Shown in pieces: positions 63,720-64,000 of a DNA stretch of 64,000 nt. The first letter of the stretch is position 1. Each line of letters starts with the position of its first letter. Source of the stretch: Barthelona sp. PCE. Taxonomy: Eukaryota. The position numbers and the translations under genes are program-made. The stretch lies in the NCBI GenBank assembly GCA_040285745.1, contig JAUFOR010000005.1:496001-560000 (forward strand), in the 5' to 3' direction. Under the pieces are notes generated by a model that worked only from the letters and a program-made list of their open reading frames with translations, did no database searches and was not told the origin of the DNA.

Positions 63720-64000
63720 ATGTCAAATCCACTTTCAGACTTAAATGAGAACGAAGTCTCTCGTTTAATGGAGGCTTTAAATAGCGAGGAGGGGCGAAAT
63801 TTATTCTTAGAATACGCACAAGAGATTTCTGATCCAGCAATGCTAAAACAAAATGAAGATGCCATTCGTCAGTTGGAAAAAGAAGCAGGAATCAAGTTGC
63901 CTAGCCGTCCCAAGGCTTCAGAACCATCTAAAAGTGTTGCATTTGAAATTAAAGAGATGGGTGAATTTAAAATTGGTGATTACACAATATCTGCACCAGT
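63720..64000 (+). CDS. DNAAF2: Partial CDS: dynein axonemal assembly factor 2 (Kintoun/PF13)
   Basis: Own translation from ATG 63720: MSNPLSDLNENEVSRLMEALNSEEGRNLFLEYAQEISDPAMLKQNEDAIRQLEKEAG, matching the Kintoun N-terminal motif; open to the window end. Confidence 0.85.
   Translation, partial: MSNPLSDLNENEVSRLMEALNSEEGRNLFLEYAQEISDPAMLKQNEDAIRQLEKEAGIKLPSRPKASEPSKSVAFEIKEMGEFKIGDYTISAP

Noticed and set aside
1-64000. Stop-codon reassignment (e.g. TAA/TAG = Gln), CRISPR arrays, transposases, tRNA/rRNA
   Set aside because: Conserved genes end at TAA, TAG or TGA at the expected positions with no internal stops; no spacer arrays, transposase or RT motifs, or cloverleafs were recognised by eye.

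Overview
Gene-dense, intron-poor nuclear DNA from a flagellated single-celled eukaryote using the standard genetic code (TAA, TAG and TGA all act as stops). Two 40-44 nt GT-AG introns with a fused branch point/3' splice site, plus AGTAAA/TGTAAA elements after stops, resemble metamonads (Giardia/Trichomonas-like); the taxon is inferred, not proven. About 30 CDS are visible. Housekeeping genes: NAPRT, GNA1, LKB1-like kinase, DRG GTPase, MSH2, RPL13A, EPL1-like, BI-1-like, HPS1-like, SelK-like. Ciliary/centriolar genes: DAW1, Sfi1-like, SAS-4, CFAP73-like, CFAP61, DNAAF2. There are also two bacterial-type MFS paralogs and several lineage-specific unknowns. Three items stand out: (1) a ~7 kb tandem duplication of a ~2000-aa membrane protein gene, with near-identical flanks and 5' part but a strongly diverged 3' third, and the same constant/variable pattern nested in an internal repeat; (2) a compositionally chimeric propeller/coiled-coil/kinase/pseudo-HECT gene whose N-terminal domain has a free-standing paralog in the window; (3) an Arg-rich helical protein with an almost exact 47-aa stathmin-like periodicity. 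No tRNA, rRNA, CRISPR array or transposase was recognised. All family calls are by eye and need HMM confirmation.
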